Source: Octopus bimaculoides
Lineage: Eukaryota
Assembly: GCF_001194135.2 (NCBI RefSeq)
Contig: NC_068981.1
Span: forward strand, 160,974,729 to 161,038,728
DNA: 64,000 nucleotides
Direction: 5' to 3'
The notes beneath the pieces are model-generated. The model was not told where the DNA came from. It searched no databases and saw only the letters and a program-made list of their open reading frames with translations. Shown piece after piece: positions 1 to 12,175 of the stretch. Within the stretch, counting starts at the first letter, position 1; each line of letters begins with the position of its first letter. The position numbers and the translations under genes were made by a program.

Positions 1-446
1 TTTCATCTCTCTAGATTTTGATTTCAAATTTCACTATAGTTGACTCTACTCTCTTTTCTCTGTAGTTATTAAAATAACTAGCTGGTCTTGTTGTGTAGGT
101 CTGTGTCAGCTCCGATCAAGCAAACCTTTTGATTGAATGCAAGTCATTTATGACTCTTTCACTTGTTTCAGAGACACCTGGAATTATATTATCCATTGTG
201 TCCTTCCCTGTATAAGAAAGTAGCACGTAATTTGGGGAACATTTGGTTGCCATTTCTTGCTGGTTGAGTACTTATGTAGAGTTTTTTTCTAGGTATCAGT
301 TATGTATTGAGGTTGATTCAATTGACTGGATATCTCTACTTGAAATTTCTAATCTTGTTCCAATTTTAGAATTTGTTGATGTTGCTGCTGTTGTACTTAA
401 ATAAGAAGCAAATATTAAAATGTATTTTTCCCATTTCCAATTTCAG

Positions 447-597
447 ATATTATACCCATTCTCACCACCACTGTAATTCAGTGCCATCGAGCTGGATTAC
501 GTAATTCCTCCTTTAGTTATGCTGCTATGCTGCTCAGAGATGAATACCAAAGAGATATTGATCCAAAATTGAAGAAGAAAATTGAAGGGATTGTACG
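447..597 (+). CDS. WDR19: WDR19/IFT144 internal coding exon (4th from last)
   Basis: tttcag|AT...CG|gtaagg. Translates [51 protein letters not shown], matching the recalled vertebrate WDR19 segment [51 protein letters not shown]. Its phase-2 end joins the next exon. Confidence 0.95.
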
Positions 598-979
598 GTA
601 AGGAACTGAGGTTTCTTTGTTTTTGATATTTACTGGTTTCAGACATAGAACTGCAACTATCCCAGGATATCACCTTCAAGGGTTTTTGTCGATTTGTAAC
701 ATTTATCTCTGTACTTTTGCCTGGTGCTTATTGTATCCATCTCATAAGGAACAAAAGCAAGTTGATCTTAGCATAAAGAGCAACGACTCAAATGGAGCAT
801 ATTTTTGTTTATCCTATTCTTATAAGACTCCTGTGTTTTCTGGAGAAAAGGTTGAACAACTGCAGTTCTGATGATGCCTGTTGAGGCAGAAACACATATC
901 AACAGTTATCTTCTTACTCAAAGTAACTGGATTATCTTTTCCTTAATGGCATATCGGTTTTGGAGAATGTTTGATTCTT

Positions 980-1410
980 GAGATTATCTTCCCTTGTATG
1001 AAGTTGGTCACAATTGCAATCAGACCAGTGGAAAAGATATCAGCAAGAAAGGAATTTCAGAAGCTTGGCATTCTGGGGAAGAAGGGCTGAGTGTATTGGT
1101 TAACACAAGGTCTTGGGGCAGGGGTAGGTGCAAGGAGGGAAATGAAAGAAGGAAGGTCAAGTAGAGACAGGAATGTCTGATTGAAGGTAACAGGATATCT
1201 AGCAGCTCTGAAGAGCAGAGGTCATTATAGTTTCTCTTGGAAAGGCAGACAGAGAGAGAGAGGAGACAGCATACCTATGGATCAGAGGGTGGTTTTATCA
1301 CTGATTTTATGTTAACCAGTTGGGTAGGGTTTTCCTGAATGCAGTCTAGGATGTTTTTAGGTACAGCAATAGCACCACCCAGATGTACTCCATTGTGAGC
1401 CTTACTTGAG
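980..1410 (-). mobile_element. Decayed CR1/Jockey-group LINE 3' fragment
   Basis: Minus strand gives AQVRLTMEY...HPLIHRYAVSSLSL...QPFFPRMPSF*NS, resembling the CR1-group post-RT motifs YKAQVRPxxEY, PLxHRRxVxSLSL and SFFPRTxxLWN. Many stops. Confidence 0.6.
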
Positions 1411-2082
1411 CTTTGTGGTTAAAGCTATTGTTTAGCCATAGATCAACACTGATTAAATAGGCTAAAGGTGTTGCTGCTATGACCATCCCATCATTTTTTG
1501 CCAAACATATCTAGCTCTACATTATCTAGTAGGTTCTTTCCAGACATAGTGTATCTAGAACTATATTCTCCAGTGTATACTTCCTTTTTTTTTGATGGCT
1601 TGATGTGATTTGAGGGGGATATGGCTGCTATTTCTAGCTGGTTGAGCAGCTACGTAATGCTTGTTTCCTTTGTTGACTTAGTTGACTTCTCAATATCTGC
1701 TGTCTTGTGTTTTGCCTGGATTGCTGTTACAAGCCTTTCACTGTCCCAGGTGACATGTGATACTGGTGTAGACTGCTGATTTTTGATGTAGGTTGAGTAA
1801 TACTTATTCAACCAACATCAAAGCCAACAATAACAGTTTAATTTAATTCATGTGAAATATTTTGTTGGTAATTTAATTACACTAAGTTAACTTTTTTAAC
1901 CTTAGCACATCCTAAATGTATATCTGTTACACATTCCTACAAATCACACATGCATGCAAACATACATACATACATGCATACATACATACGTACGTACATA
2001 CATACATACATACACATACACACACACACACGCACACGCACACACACACACATTTATTTATATATAACATTTACATATATGC

Positions 2083-2497
2083 ACGCATGGTCGTGGCTGT
2101 GTGATAAGAAGCTTGCTTCCCAATCATATGGTTCCAGGTTCAGTCCCACTGCGTGGCACCTTGAGCAAGTGTCTTTTACTGTAGCCTCAGGCTGACCAAA
2201 GCTGTGTGAGTGGATTTGGTAGATAGAAACTGAAAAAAACCTGTCATGTTATATATATATATATATATTTGTGTGTTTGTCTGTGTTTGTCCCCCAACAA
2301 TTGGTTGACAACCGATGCTGTGTGCTTATGTCCCCGTAACTTAGCGGTTTGGCAAAAGAGACTGCTAGAATAAGTACTAGGCTTACAAAGAGTAAGTCCT
2401 GGGGTTCAGTTCTTCGACTAAAAAAAGAAACCTTTAGGGTGGTGCACCAGCATGGCCACAATCAAATGACTGAAATAAATAAAAGAATAAAAGAATA
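2083..2497 (+). mobile_element. tRNA-derived SINE, family A (gtggctgtgtggtaag head, (TA)n/(TG)n core, aaaagag/aat tail)
   Basis: A-box/B-box-like head (ggttcagtccc), caccttgagcaagtgtc block, internal microsatellite. More than 12 related copies in the window. Confidence 0.9.
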
Positions 2498-3017
2498 TAC
2501 ACATGAATTCAGACATTATTTCACAAATATGTACATCTGTACTCATGTATTTTTTTTTTTTTTTTGAGCAAAGTGTTAACACAGATAATTCAAATGCAGA
2601 TTGTTTAACATTTTGTCATAAACAATTTAAATTATTACTGTTTGACTGGAATTCATAATTATTTGAGTGTTGCAAAATCTTCTGATGGAATCTTCTTTTC
2701 AATATTCAGTTTAAATTAAATTAGTTATGATGTGATCAGACATGATTTCATTTGAGGCAATTTAGTATAAATGACAGACAGAAAATAATAGCGAGATGAA
2801 AGATGGTTGTTTTAAATGAGCTATTTCAGTTCTGGTTTGGAAGAGGTAGATTGATTATAAGGTTAATATGCTAAATTATTGACTGTATGCTAATAAGTAC
2901 AAATCTAGCCATAAATTTGGGAATACTTAGTATCAATGAGAATACTGGTTACAGTTAAAATCAATAGGCTATACATAAAATGTTTTTTTTTTAGTATTTA
3001 TATATGTCCTTCTAGTA

Positions 3018-3394
3018 GAGGTGCAATGGCCCAGTGGTTAGGGCAGCGGACTCACGGTCATAGGATCGCGGTTTTGATTCCCAGACCGGGCGTTGTGAGT
3101 GTTTATTGAGCGAAAACACCTAAAGCTCCACGAGGCTCCGGCAGGGGATGGTGGCGAACCCTGCTGTACTCTTTCACCACTACTTTCTCCCACTCTTACT
3201 TCCTGTTTCTGTTGTGCCTGTAATTCAAAGGGTCAGCCTTGTCACACCATGTCACGCTGAATATCCCCGAGAACTACATTAAGGGTACACGTGTCTGTGG
3301 AGTGCTCAGCCACTTGCATGTTAATTTCACGAGCAGGCTGTTCCGTTGATTGGATCAACTGGAACCCTGAATGTCGTAAGCGATGGAGTGCCAA
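3018..3394 (+). mobile_element. tRNA-derived SINE, family C
   Basis: Head gaggtgcaatggcccagtggttagggcagcggact with B-box-like ggttttgattcc. Highly similar to 35062-35448. Confidence 0.9.
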
Positions 3395-3444
3395 GAAAAA
3401 ATAAGTCCTTCTATTTGGTGAAATTAACTTTGTCATTCATCATT

Positions 3445-3840
3445 CTGAAGATGGTTCATGGCAAATGAGAGTAAGAGAGGGAAGTAGGTTGAGTTGGTGG
3501 GACTATTCCAAAGTAATGGGTGGCAAGCAAGATGTGATCCTTTGAGGTGGGATGCAGAGGGTTTGCAGGCCAGTCCCTCTGCAGAGTTTCCGGTATGTTT
3601 GTCATCACAGGCCATCAGGTTGGCTGTGAAAGCAGCAGAGTTGTTGCCTCAACGTGGTTGTGGATCATGAGGCGTGATCTCTAGAAGGAGCAGTGCTAAC
3701 AAGGGTAGTGCTAACTGGACACAAGCTAGGGCTTGATCAATTCTGGCTGAGTCACCTGTGTGAAGGTATCTGATGTTGAACAACCCAAACACCTAATGAC
3801 CCCAGAAAATATTACTGATGGTATGTTCGGGTGCCTCACA
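3445..3840 (+). mobile_element. Hero/NeSL-like (RLE endonuclease) non-LTR retrotransposon 3' end
   Basis: Frameshifted translation ANESKRGK*VELVGLFQSNGWQARCDP-EVGCRGFAGQSLCR...ASTWLWIMRRDL* matches the recalled Hero-clade RLE C-terminus (ERKxxKY...GWxARCxPxEVGCRGFAG...WLW), followed by a 3' UTR. Confidence 0.75.
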
Positions 3841-4659
3841 AGAGCATGTATGGATAAACTATGTCCTTTTATGTAGTGAAATCAATTTTTTCATTCATTG
3901 TTCCAAAGAGAGTTGATTAAAATATAGTTCAAGTACTAGAGTCAGTTAAGTCACCTATACACTTCTCTTTTTTTTTTTAAGATGGCAGGTGTGAATTTAA
4001 GGGAGATTTGACTGTTATTTCATTATTTCAAGTCTATTTTGATATCTTCAGAGTGCTAGGTGGTGACTAAGAAAAGATAAATTTAATTACTTGGGAGTTA
4101 TTCTAGGAGATTGGCAACCAGCAGCTAAATCTTCAAATCAAACCCTATCATTATTATCATTTTAATATCCACTTTTCCATGCTTGCATGGGTTGAACGAA
4201 GTCTACTGAGGTAGATTTTCTATGGTCAGATGCCCTTCCTGTTACCAACCTTTATCTGTATCCAAGCCAGGTAATATTTCCCTCTGGTTAGACATATTCT
4301 CACAGGATATTGGTAAGGAACAATGCTTGTATGACATTAATACTCATTTACAATATTGATTTCAAATTTTGGCACAAGGCCAGCAATTTCAGGGTAGGGG
4401 GGCTAAGTCGATGACATCACTCCTAATAATCAACTGGTACTTATTGTATCAACCCCAAAAAGATGAAAGGCAAAAATTTGACCTTGGCAGAATTTGAACT
4501 CAGAATGTGAAGACAGATGAAATGCTACTAAGCATCTTGCCCAGCATGCTAACATTTCTGCCAGCTTGCCAACTTCACTCATTTATAATATTAGTATAGT
4601 TCCAATGATAAACTAGTTCCAATGACAAACAAAGTCAAGTGAAAGTAAATATTCTAAAA

Positions 4660-6799
4660 CAAAGGTCCTCAACCCATTTTGGCCAAAGGCCCCCTTTTGA
4701 CCCTTGGAGTCACAAATGCCCCTCCCCACCACAAGATATTTTTTTATTTTTCAATATACTACTTATTTTGTTATCAGCAGATAATAATTAAAAAATAAAG
4801 GATGTCCTTTTACATATGCGCTTGTATGCAGTCGGGAGTACAGATGTACAAATTGAAATGCAAAAAAATTGAAATAATGGATTGAAAGTTTGGTAATTGT
4901 GTTTATTTCCACCATGCAATACTTATGAAATCATGTTGTCTATTGAAAGAGTGTTCTTTGGTACAAGTAAATGCTGATGAAATCATTTCAAACCTTTCCA
5001 ATTTCCCTTATCAAAACAGCTAGAACTTGTGCAACAATCTGATATATAAGTTATTGTCACCTGGGAAGAGGATTTTTTATGCTCAAGAAAGAGAGTGTAT
5101 TTGATAGGAATTGTTGAAATGCATATGAAATTCATATGAGTAGCAAATTGTGGAGGATGGTATTCAGTGTATTTGGATCTTGTTAGTTTGAATCTCAAAA
5201 TCAGCCCCCTTTTAAAACACTGTAAAAGAATCTGAAAATTTGTCATATTAAACATTCATTTCTTATTGAGGATCTAGTTTGCTTCATTCATAAAATCTGC
5301 ATTTTTTTTAAAAGGAAGAAAAAAATCTGAAAATTGGTTATCTTGATACAGTTTTCCACGCCATGAACTTCTGGAGAATAAATTTGACACAGACAAAATT
5401 TTTTTTTTTTAATTCATGGTTTTAAAATACAGATAGTCCGAATCTACCATTCGTTTCTCTTTATAATTTGCAAATAATTTTTTTAAATACTTCAAAATCA
5501 AAATTGCGTGGAATTTTTTTTTGTTGCATAATCCTATCAATTCCATTATGCAGAAGACAGAATCGAAAAAATTTTGTAAAAATTCGTAAAAATACGGAAG
5601 TTATGAGGGGTTTTAGCACATGCTTACATCACAATTCTGCCCATTCATATATATGTGTGTGTGTGTTTGCTAGTGTCTGTTTTTCTTTTAGTTTTTGTTT
5701 ACTTATACACATCAACAAATGAGCCAATGAGGTACTCTCTGTATGGTTGTTCAATTTGCTAGAAATAACAGCCAAATATCCCTCATACTATGCTCTTGTT
5801 AGTATTAAGGAAATGGAGAATGTTTACTCCCCTCCATCATTAAGATTAAAATTAATATTTGTGATTTTGTTCAGTTCTATGAATTTAATTTTTTTTAAAT
5901 GCTTTTATCCATTGCTTGATATAAGAAATTAGAAAATCCTGACCAAAACAGAGAAATTCTAACTTAACAAAAAATATAGAAAGAAAAAGAAAAGGTTCTG
6001 TTTTCCAAAGCCAAAAGATGTGTTTTTAGCTGGGGTGTAATTTTATAATTAAAACAAATTCAAAATATAAATTTCAGAACATAAGACTTACCATGTTATC
6101 TGGTGTATAGCTGCAGTTCAATGGGTACAAAACCTAAAACAAATGTGTGTGTATGTATGTGTAGTTGAGTCTTTAATAGCCAGAGGTCAATTTAAGTTCA
6201 ATCGCAGAAAGGAATTCAAAATGGCAACACATGCAATCATATACATACAAACATACCCATACATACACACACATACACAAATACATACCTATCAGCCACT
6301 CCCAAAAGCCAGTTTGATCCAAAATTCTGACTACCAGTCTTTATATATTTGTACACACACACACACATGCACGCACACATGCATGCACGCATGCATGCAC
6401 GCACACACACACACATTTAGCTTTCCATTTTTATTCATTACTTTTTTCTTTTAATCATCTGTCACTATTCATCTGTTTTTAGTTTTTGTTTTGAGGGTTT
6501 CACTTTAGTGACACCAGTTACACATGATATCAGGAATTTGCTTGGTGTCATCAAAGTGGAAAAAGTGTTTAATTTTTGGAAAATTTGAAACAAAACAGCA
6601 TGGTTTTTTTTAAAAACTGACTGTCGCAGAGATGTGAAACTACCGCTACTACTCGTTAATTTCAAATTAAGCTTACCAAAGACAAGGGGCTTCCAGCGCC
6701 CCTCTAGCGCCCCCAAGTCTCTTAATGCCCCCTAGTGCCCCTTTGCTTCAAAAATCTGCCCCCTCTCGAGTTCTAAATGGCCCCTGTTGAGAACCTTTG
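4660..6799. mobile_element. Non-autonomous hAT (Charlie/Buster-like) DNA transposon, 2140 bp
   Basis: 14-bp TIRs CAAAGGTCCTCAAC (4660-4673) and GTTGAGAACCTTTG (6786-6799), one mismatch. Exact 8-bp TSD TTCTAAAA at 4652-4659 and 6800-6807. GCCCC subterminal repeats at both ends. Confidence 0.9.
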
Positions 6800-7908
6800 T
6801 TCTAAAACATTTAGTTCCATGTCTACCATTTTGGCTGACATGTTTCTTTTATTATTGTTAAGAATGTTAGAAATGAGACAAAGCTTGTTAGTGATGACAA
6901 TTCAGTGTATGAATGCTTGTTATTGGTGACAGTGTGTTACAATTATAGCCTGATTTCATGCCAGTTTATTGTAATGACAGTTTGTAAATGATGCTAATGT
7001 TTTATGGTAAAAGCCTTATACGATATCAATCTCTTAAGGTGACACCCTGTTATGATAACAATCTCATGTGATAATAACAATATTGGTGAGGGGAAAATAC
7101 CTCAGGAGAACATTGTGTGTATTAACTAAAAAAAATATAGCAAGGTTTTACATATGTCATGTAATGAGTTGAAAATTTTTAATTAACTTGGAAAATATAG
7201 AAAATGTAGTTTAGGAGTAGATCATATCTTTGAAGCCATGACTCATATTGAAAGTAACGAATGTGTTTCAGTCTTATTGCATGTCTCTATCCAGCCAGCA
7301 AGATGAAGAGAGATCTACTATAATAATACTTTTGTGTTTTTCTCCGTCACAGTATATGAATGAGAAAGGAAAGGGTGATAGATGAATAAGGAAGGAAGGG
7401 GCAGTGGGCAAACAGATAGTGGGAGTGTTTCAACTCTGTGTGAGTGTATGTGTGTGTATGTAAAAGGGAGGTATGTGAACGTGTGTGTGCGCAATGGAAG
7501 TGGGATGGTGAACATTCAATGCTGAAAAGAAAAATCAGTGTTTCAACTCTGTGTGTGTATGTATGTGCATGTACAAGGGAAGTATGTGAATGTTAGTGTG
7601 AACCAGTGTTCTTTCAGTAGCAAACGATGATCAATGTCACATCTCAAAAGACAACCACTTGATAACATTGACAAATGTATTAAGTTGATTTACCATCCAT
7701 ATTTATATATAAATTATGACAATTAGTCGTCACTTTTGACAGTATGGGGTCAGCTAGTGAATGTATCATATAGAAATTGAGGGAAGGTGCTGACACTGAC
7801 AAGGAATATCAACAATATGACTGAGTGAAATTACCTCTGGGTATCATTTATTTAGTTTTAATATTTACTCTTAAATATTTATCAAGTTGTATACTATTTT
7901 GCTTTTAG

Positions 7909-8032
7909 GAAACGAGACAAATCTGAAGAAGATGAACTCTTAACTCCATGTCCATTTTGTCAGTCATCAATTCCAGAAACTCTTTTAGTATGTCCTGATT
8001 GTAAGATGAACATTCCTTATTGTATAGCTACA
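7909..8032 (+). CDS. WDR19: WDR19/IFT144 coding exon (first C-terminal zinc-binding module)
   Basis: ttttag|G...ACA|gtaagt. Reads (R)KRDKSEEDELLTPCPFCQSSIPETLLVCPDCKMNIPYCIAT; the CPFC..CPxC..IPYCIAT pattern matches the WDR19 C-terminus. In frame with both neighbours. Confidence 0.96.
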
Positions 8033-8154
8033 GTAAGTTATCAGCCATTTTTTTTTGTGTCTGTGTGTGTTTTATTTCTTCTATTGTTTTTTTCATGCTA
8101 ACATGAGGTTGTGGAATTGTTGAGATTTAGATATGTTTTATCCTTGTAGAAGAC

Positions 8155-8250
8155 TGTAATGATGTTGCTGTAGAGAACATGGAAAACTGTTGATATTGTT
8201 GTAGCAAACATGGAGCATTATGTTGATAGTGTTGTAGAGAACATGGAGGA
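8155..8250. repeat. Minisatellite, ~3 copies of ~35 bp (tgttgatattgttgtagagaacatggag)
   Basis: Three visible copies of gttgtag(a/c)(g/a)aacatgga. Confidence 0.7.
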
Positions 8251-9241
8251 CCAAGGAGCTGTTAGAGTTGTTAACTAGCCCCAGTCCCATGATGAGAAAA
8301 CATTCCATCTAAGATCATTTCATCTTTTATTTAGGCAAAATGTATCAAGAACTATATTAGTTAATATATTATTTTTTTTTCTAAGATGGTTGTGTATAAT
8401 TTGAAGGATATTTAACTGCTTTTTCTAGCAGTTTGAGCAATCACATTGAAGCTCCTTCAATGGCTAGTTACTATTGGAGGAAATGAATACTGTAAAGAAC
8501 CTCCTCCTCTTTATTTTTGTTGACATTTCTCTTTACTACTGACCTCAGCACTCAATGCATTTAATTTTAACCTACCATCACTAACACCCATCAATGGATA
8601 GAACCATCAAATGAAATCTGATTTCCAGCACTTCTGATGCCATGGAAGCATGCATTCAGTACACTCTGTAAAGTGGTTGGAAGGGCATCCTGATGTAGAA
8701 GTCATGCCAAAGCAGACATTGGAACTTGGTGCAGCCCTTTGGCTCATCAGTTTGTGTCAAACCATCTAACCGATACCAGCATGGAGAACAAATGTTGAAT
8801 GGTATTGATGATGTTTTCCTTCCAATTATTAACATTGACTGCAAAAATAATCTAAACATTAACTGCAGTCGCAAGGAACTCTTGATGTTTATTCAGTCTG
8901 TTTAGTCTTTGAGGGCGTAAAAGAATAGTTGAAAACTGATAAAGGGTATTCTCCCTCTTCCTAAGACAAATATTAGAAAAATAAGTAAATAAAAATAAAA
9001 CATTATTTGCACCACAACACTAACCAGGTAATGTGAAAGAGTTTTGGCTTTGTGTTGTAGAATGGTTAAAAAAAGATTAAAGAATCATTTTTCCCTTTCA
9101 GTTAGGCTATGAAAAATTTAGGTTTGAGAAAATACGGCAGTTTTTGGTTGTTTTTGATCTCTTGCTATGTTGGGGGAATAAATTATATTATACTACTTAT
9201 TTAATTTTAATTTTTATTTTTTGTCTTCTTTCTCTTGTCAG

Positions 9242-9318
9242 GGATGCCATATAACTAAAGAAAATCTCACTGCATGTCCAAAATGTCAGTTCCCAGCACT
9301 TTACTCAGAATATATAAA
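9242..9318 (+). CDS. WDR19: WDR19/IFT144 penultimate coding exon
   Basis: tgtcag|GGA...AA|gtaagg. Reads GCHITKENLTACPKCQFPALYSEYI(K), compared with recalled [25 protein letters not shown]. Confidence 0.96.
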
Positions 9319-9624
9319 GTAAGGAAGAATGATAAATATTCCATTTCTTTTAAACATTTCTTTATTGTTTTAAGCCTTTTAAAGCTTCATGACTTGGCAG
9401 TCAGTTTTTGTTTACATTTTGGTAAGTCAGATGTTGGTGGTTTATGTTTTGGCAATCACATTTCTATATGCTTCTGCCAATGTCTTTATGGTGGCAGAGT
9501 TATGTTTTTTGTTTTTAAATTCTTTAATTTCTCCAATATAGGAGAAATGTAAAATAAGTAGCAAAATAATGTCTAACTAACAAGTAAAACTCCATTGCTG
9601 GAATTTTGATAAAACTGACTTAGA

Positions 9625-9925
9625 TTAGGTGCTGAAATTTACAAAAGTCTTGCATAATTTTACTGTTCTGCTTACAGACTGAATTCAGAAGAGGATCCAA
9701 ACACTGTTCAAGCATTTATAAATTGAATATACAGTGCTCCATTAAATTACAGTTATTAAGTTTCGACCTTGGGTTAGATGCTGATATTTATAAAAGTCTT
9801 GCATATTTTTACTGTTCTGCTTATAAATTGAATTTAGTAGAGTATCTAAACACTGTTTAAATATTTATAAATGGAGTACAGTATCTCATTAAATTATAGT
9901 TACTAAGTTTCAACCTTACATTAGG
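9625..9925. repeat. Tandem duplication, 2 x ~148 bp
   Basis: ttag(g/a)tgctga...aaaagtcttgcata...tactgttctgctta...aaacactgtt...cattaaatta.agtta.taagtttc.acctt occurs at 9625 and again at 9774. Confidence 0.85.
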
Positions 9926-10189
9926 GTATAGAAGCTGTACAATTTGTAGTGAGTGTACATAAATGTTTTACGTTTCTCTGACTTACACAACATTACTTGC
10001 ATATCAGGTCTGTTGCGTGGGTATTTTGTAGAAGTTTTCATTACATTCTTTGAATATAAGCATCTGTGTTTGTGTGTGTACTTGCATCCATTAAGTGCCA
10101 ATCCATTAATTCTACCATGTATATGCATGTGCATATGTGGTGAGGGTGTATGTGTTTAAATGTTGTTATTGTTTTAGAGTTTTATGAAA

Positions 10190-10400
10190 GATATACATTT
10201 CCCAAGTTACTTGATGCCCTTCCTAATGCCAACCACTCCGAGAGAGTAATGGGTGCTTTTATGTGCCACTGGCATGGGAGCCAGTCAGGCAGCACTGGCA
10301 TCGGCGATGCTCGAATGGTGCTTTTTACATGCCACTAGTACGGGTGCCAGTCAGGTAGCACTGGCATTGGTCAAGCTCAAATGGTGCATTTTACATGCCA
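10190..10400 (-). mobile_element. RTE LINE 3' UTR fragment with ~2.3 copies of the 65-bp subrepeat
   Basis: gatgcccttcctaatgccaaccactccgagag block plus repeated tttta(t/c)gtgccac...gccagtcagg...ctggca units. Confidence 0.8.
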
Positions 10401-11144
10401 CGCATATGTATATGTACATATGTGTATTGTGTGCCCATGTTCTTCTGTAGATTTGCATTTTCTGAAAACCACAAGCTACATGTGGAGGGGATGTCATTTC
10501 TCCTGTCAATGAAGCATTCATTGGCTTTTGCAGTAAGAGTAAGGATTCATGATATAAAAAAAGGGCATCTGGCTATAAAACAATGTCTCAATAATATATT
10601 CATCTAACATATACTAGCCTTGGAAAATAGATGTTAAAAATGAATTAATACCATACTCTTACAGCTATAAAGCACAGTATTACAGTAACATTGCTATATA
10701 ACACTATGTTACAAAAATGTAGCTGTATAACTGTTATTCACATTCAATATACACACTCTATTTCAACATATTGCAGGTGTATACTGTCAAATGTTGAATA
10801 CAAATATTAATGCTCACATAATATTCCACACCATACTGCAGTGAACACATTTCATTGTTAACAAATATTTTCTCAATCTGTACATCATCCCACCCACTTT
10901 CTCTTCTTCCTTTCTTTTTTTTTTTCCTCCACTTTCACTGAATCTTTCTCTTGCTTCCCAAATTGTTGCTATCAGGTTTTAAAGAGATCTTTAAAGATCA
11001 ACAGGAAGTAATTTCTTGAGAATACAATTTACAAATCTGAATTGTTATCTAAATCTTTGTTGTTCAAAAGCTGACTGTTTAATTGTGTTCTGCCAGGTAT
11101 TTTCTTGGCAAGATGTCTCATGTATGGCAAAATGAACTGATTAT

Positions 11145-11510
11145 ATCACCATTATTGTTATTGTCAATCTCATAAATCATCGTTATTATCATCATCAATG
11201 TCATTTCCATTCATTATCACCACTATCGTCATCACTATTGTCATTGTCATTATTATCCTTGTAATTGTCATCATGCAAAACATCACTGCCATCATTATTA
11301 TTGCTATCATATTGCCATCAAAGTCTTCTTCGTAAGCCATATTATTATCAACATTGCCATCATTATTATTGTCATTATTACCCTGGGTATTCTCATCAGT
11401 TCTACCATTATTAACATCCTCATTATCCCCGTCACTGTCAGCAACGCTATCATTACCATCACCATCGCTGTCATCATTACTATCATCGTCACCATCTTTG
11501 TTTGTTTCTC
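11145..11510. repeat. Degenerate trinucleotide (ATC/ATT/GTC) low-complexity tract
   Basis: Decayed catcat/attatt repeats; source of the D/N-rich and M/I-rich ORF-track artefacts. Confidence 0.85.
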
Positions 11511-11634
11511 TATGACAGACAAGTTTATAATGTAGCATCTCTCCTACTGTCTTAAGCTTCCATCATCTGTCCCACTATCATATGTGTCATCTCAGTTGTC
11601 TCAATTTATAGTGTTTTAATTTATCTGTCTAACT

Positions 11635-12175
11635 AGCAGCACCTGTGGCAACTCCACCACTCATTTTGAGAAACCCCGCTTGCGAAGACTTGTTGAGGCA
11701 AGTGAAATCGAACTATATTCGACGACTGGCACCCGTGCCAATGTCGTCTCCTTCGTTGGACACGAAACTCAGCTTGCGAAGACTTATTGGGGCAAGCGAA
11801 AGTGAAATCGGGATAGCGCTTGTGCCCAGCGTCGCCTTTCTGGCACTTGTGCCCGTGACATGTGTAAGGATTTTCGAGCAAGATCGTTGCCAGTGCCCCT
11901 GGACTGGCTCTTGTGCGGGTGGCACATAAAATACACCATTTTGAGTGTGGCCGTTGCCAGTACCGCCTGACTGGCCTTCGTGCCGGTGGCACGTAAAAGC
12001 ATCCACTACACTCTCGGAGTGGTTGGCATTAGGAAGAGCATCCAGCTGTAGAAACTCTGCCAAATCAGATTGGAGCCTGGTGTTGCCATCCGGTTTCACC
12101 AGTCCTCAGTCAAATCGTCCAACCCATGCTAGCATGGAAAGCGGAAGTTAAACGATGATGATGATGATGATGATG
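11635..12175 (+). mobile_element. 5'-truncated RTE LINE (3' UTR only) ending in a (GAT)n tail
   Basis: The first ~260 bp match the sequence just downstream of the RTE stop codon at 30790-31050. Ends ...ccatgctagcatggaaagcggaagttaaacgatgatgatg. Confidence 0.88.

Noticed and set aside
3018-3090. tRNA-like sequence (also at 35062, 36829, 50792)
   Set aside because: Pol III A/B-box heads of SINEs. They continue into SINE bodies, occur in multiple copies and lack a proper acceptor stem.
11170-11538. 122-aa acidic D/N-rich ORF
   Set aside because: Decayed trinucleotide tract readable in several frames; low complexity only.
11633-12151. Several overlapping 70-128-aa ORFs on both strands
   Set aside because: They fall in the GC-richer RTE 3' UTR. 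The same peptides recur wherever the repeat recurs (e.g. MKPDGNTRLQSDL at 11713, 16336 and 28892).
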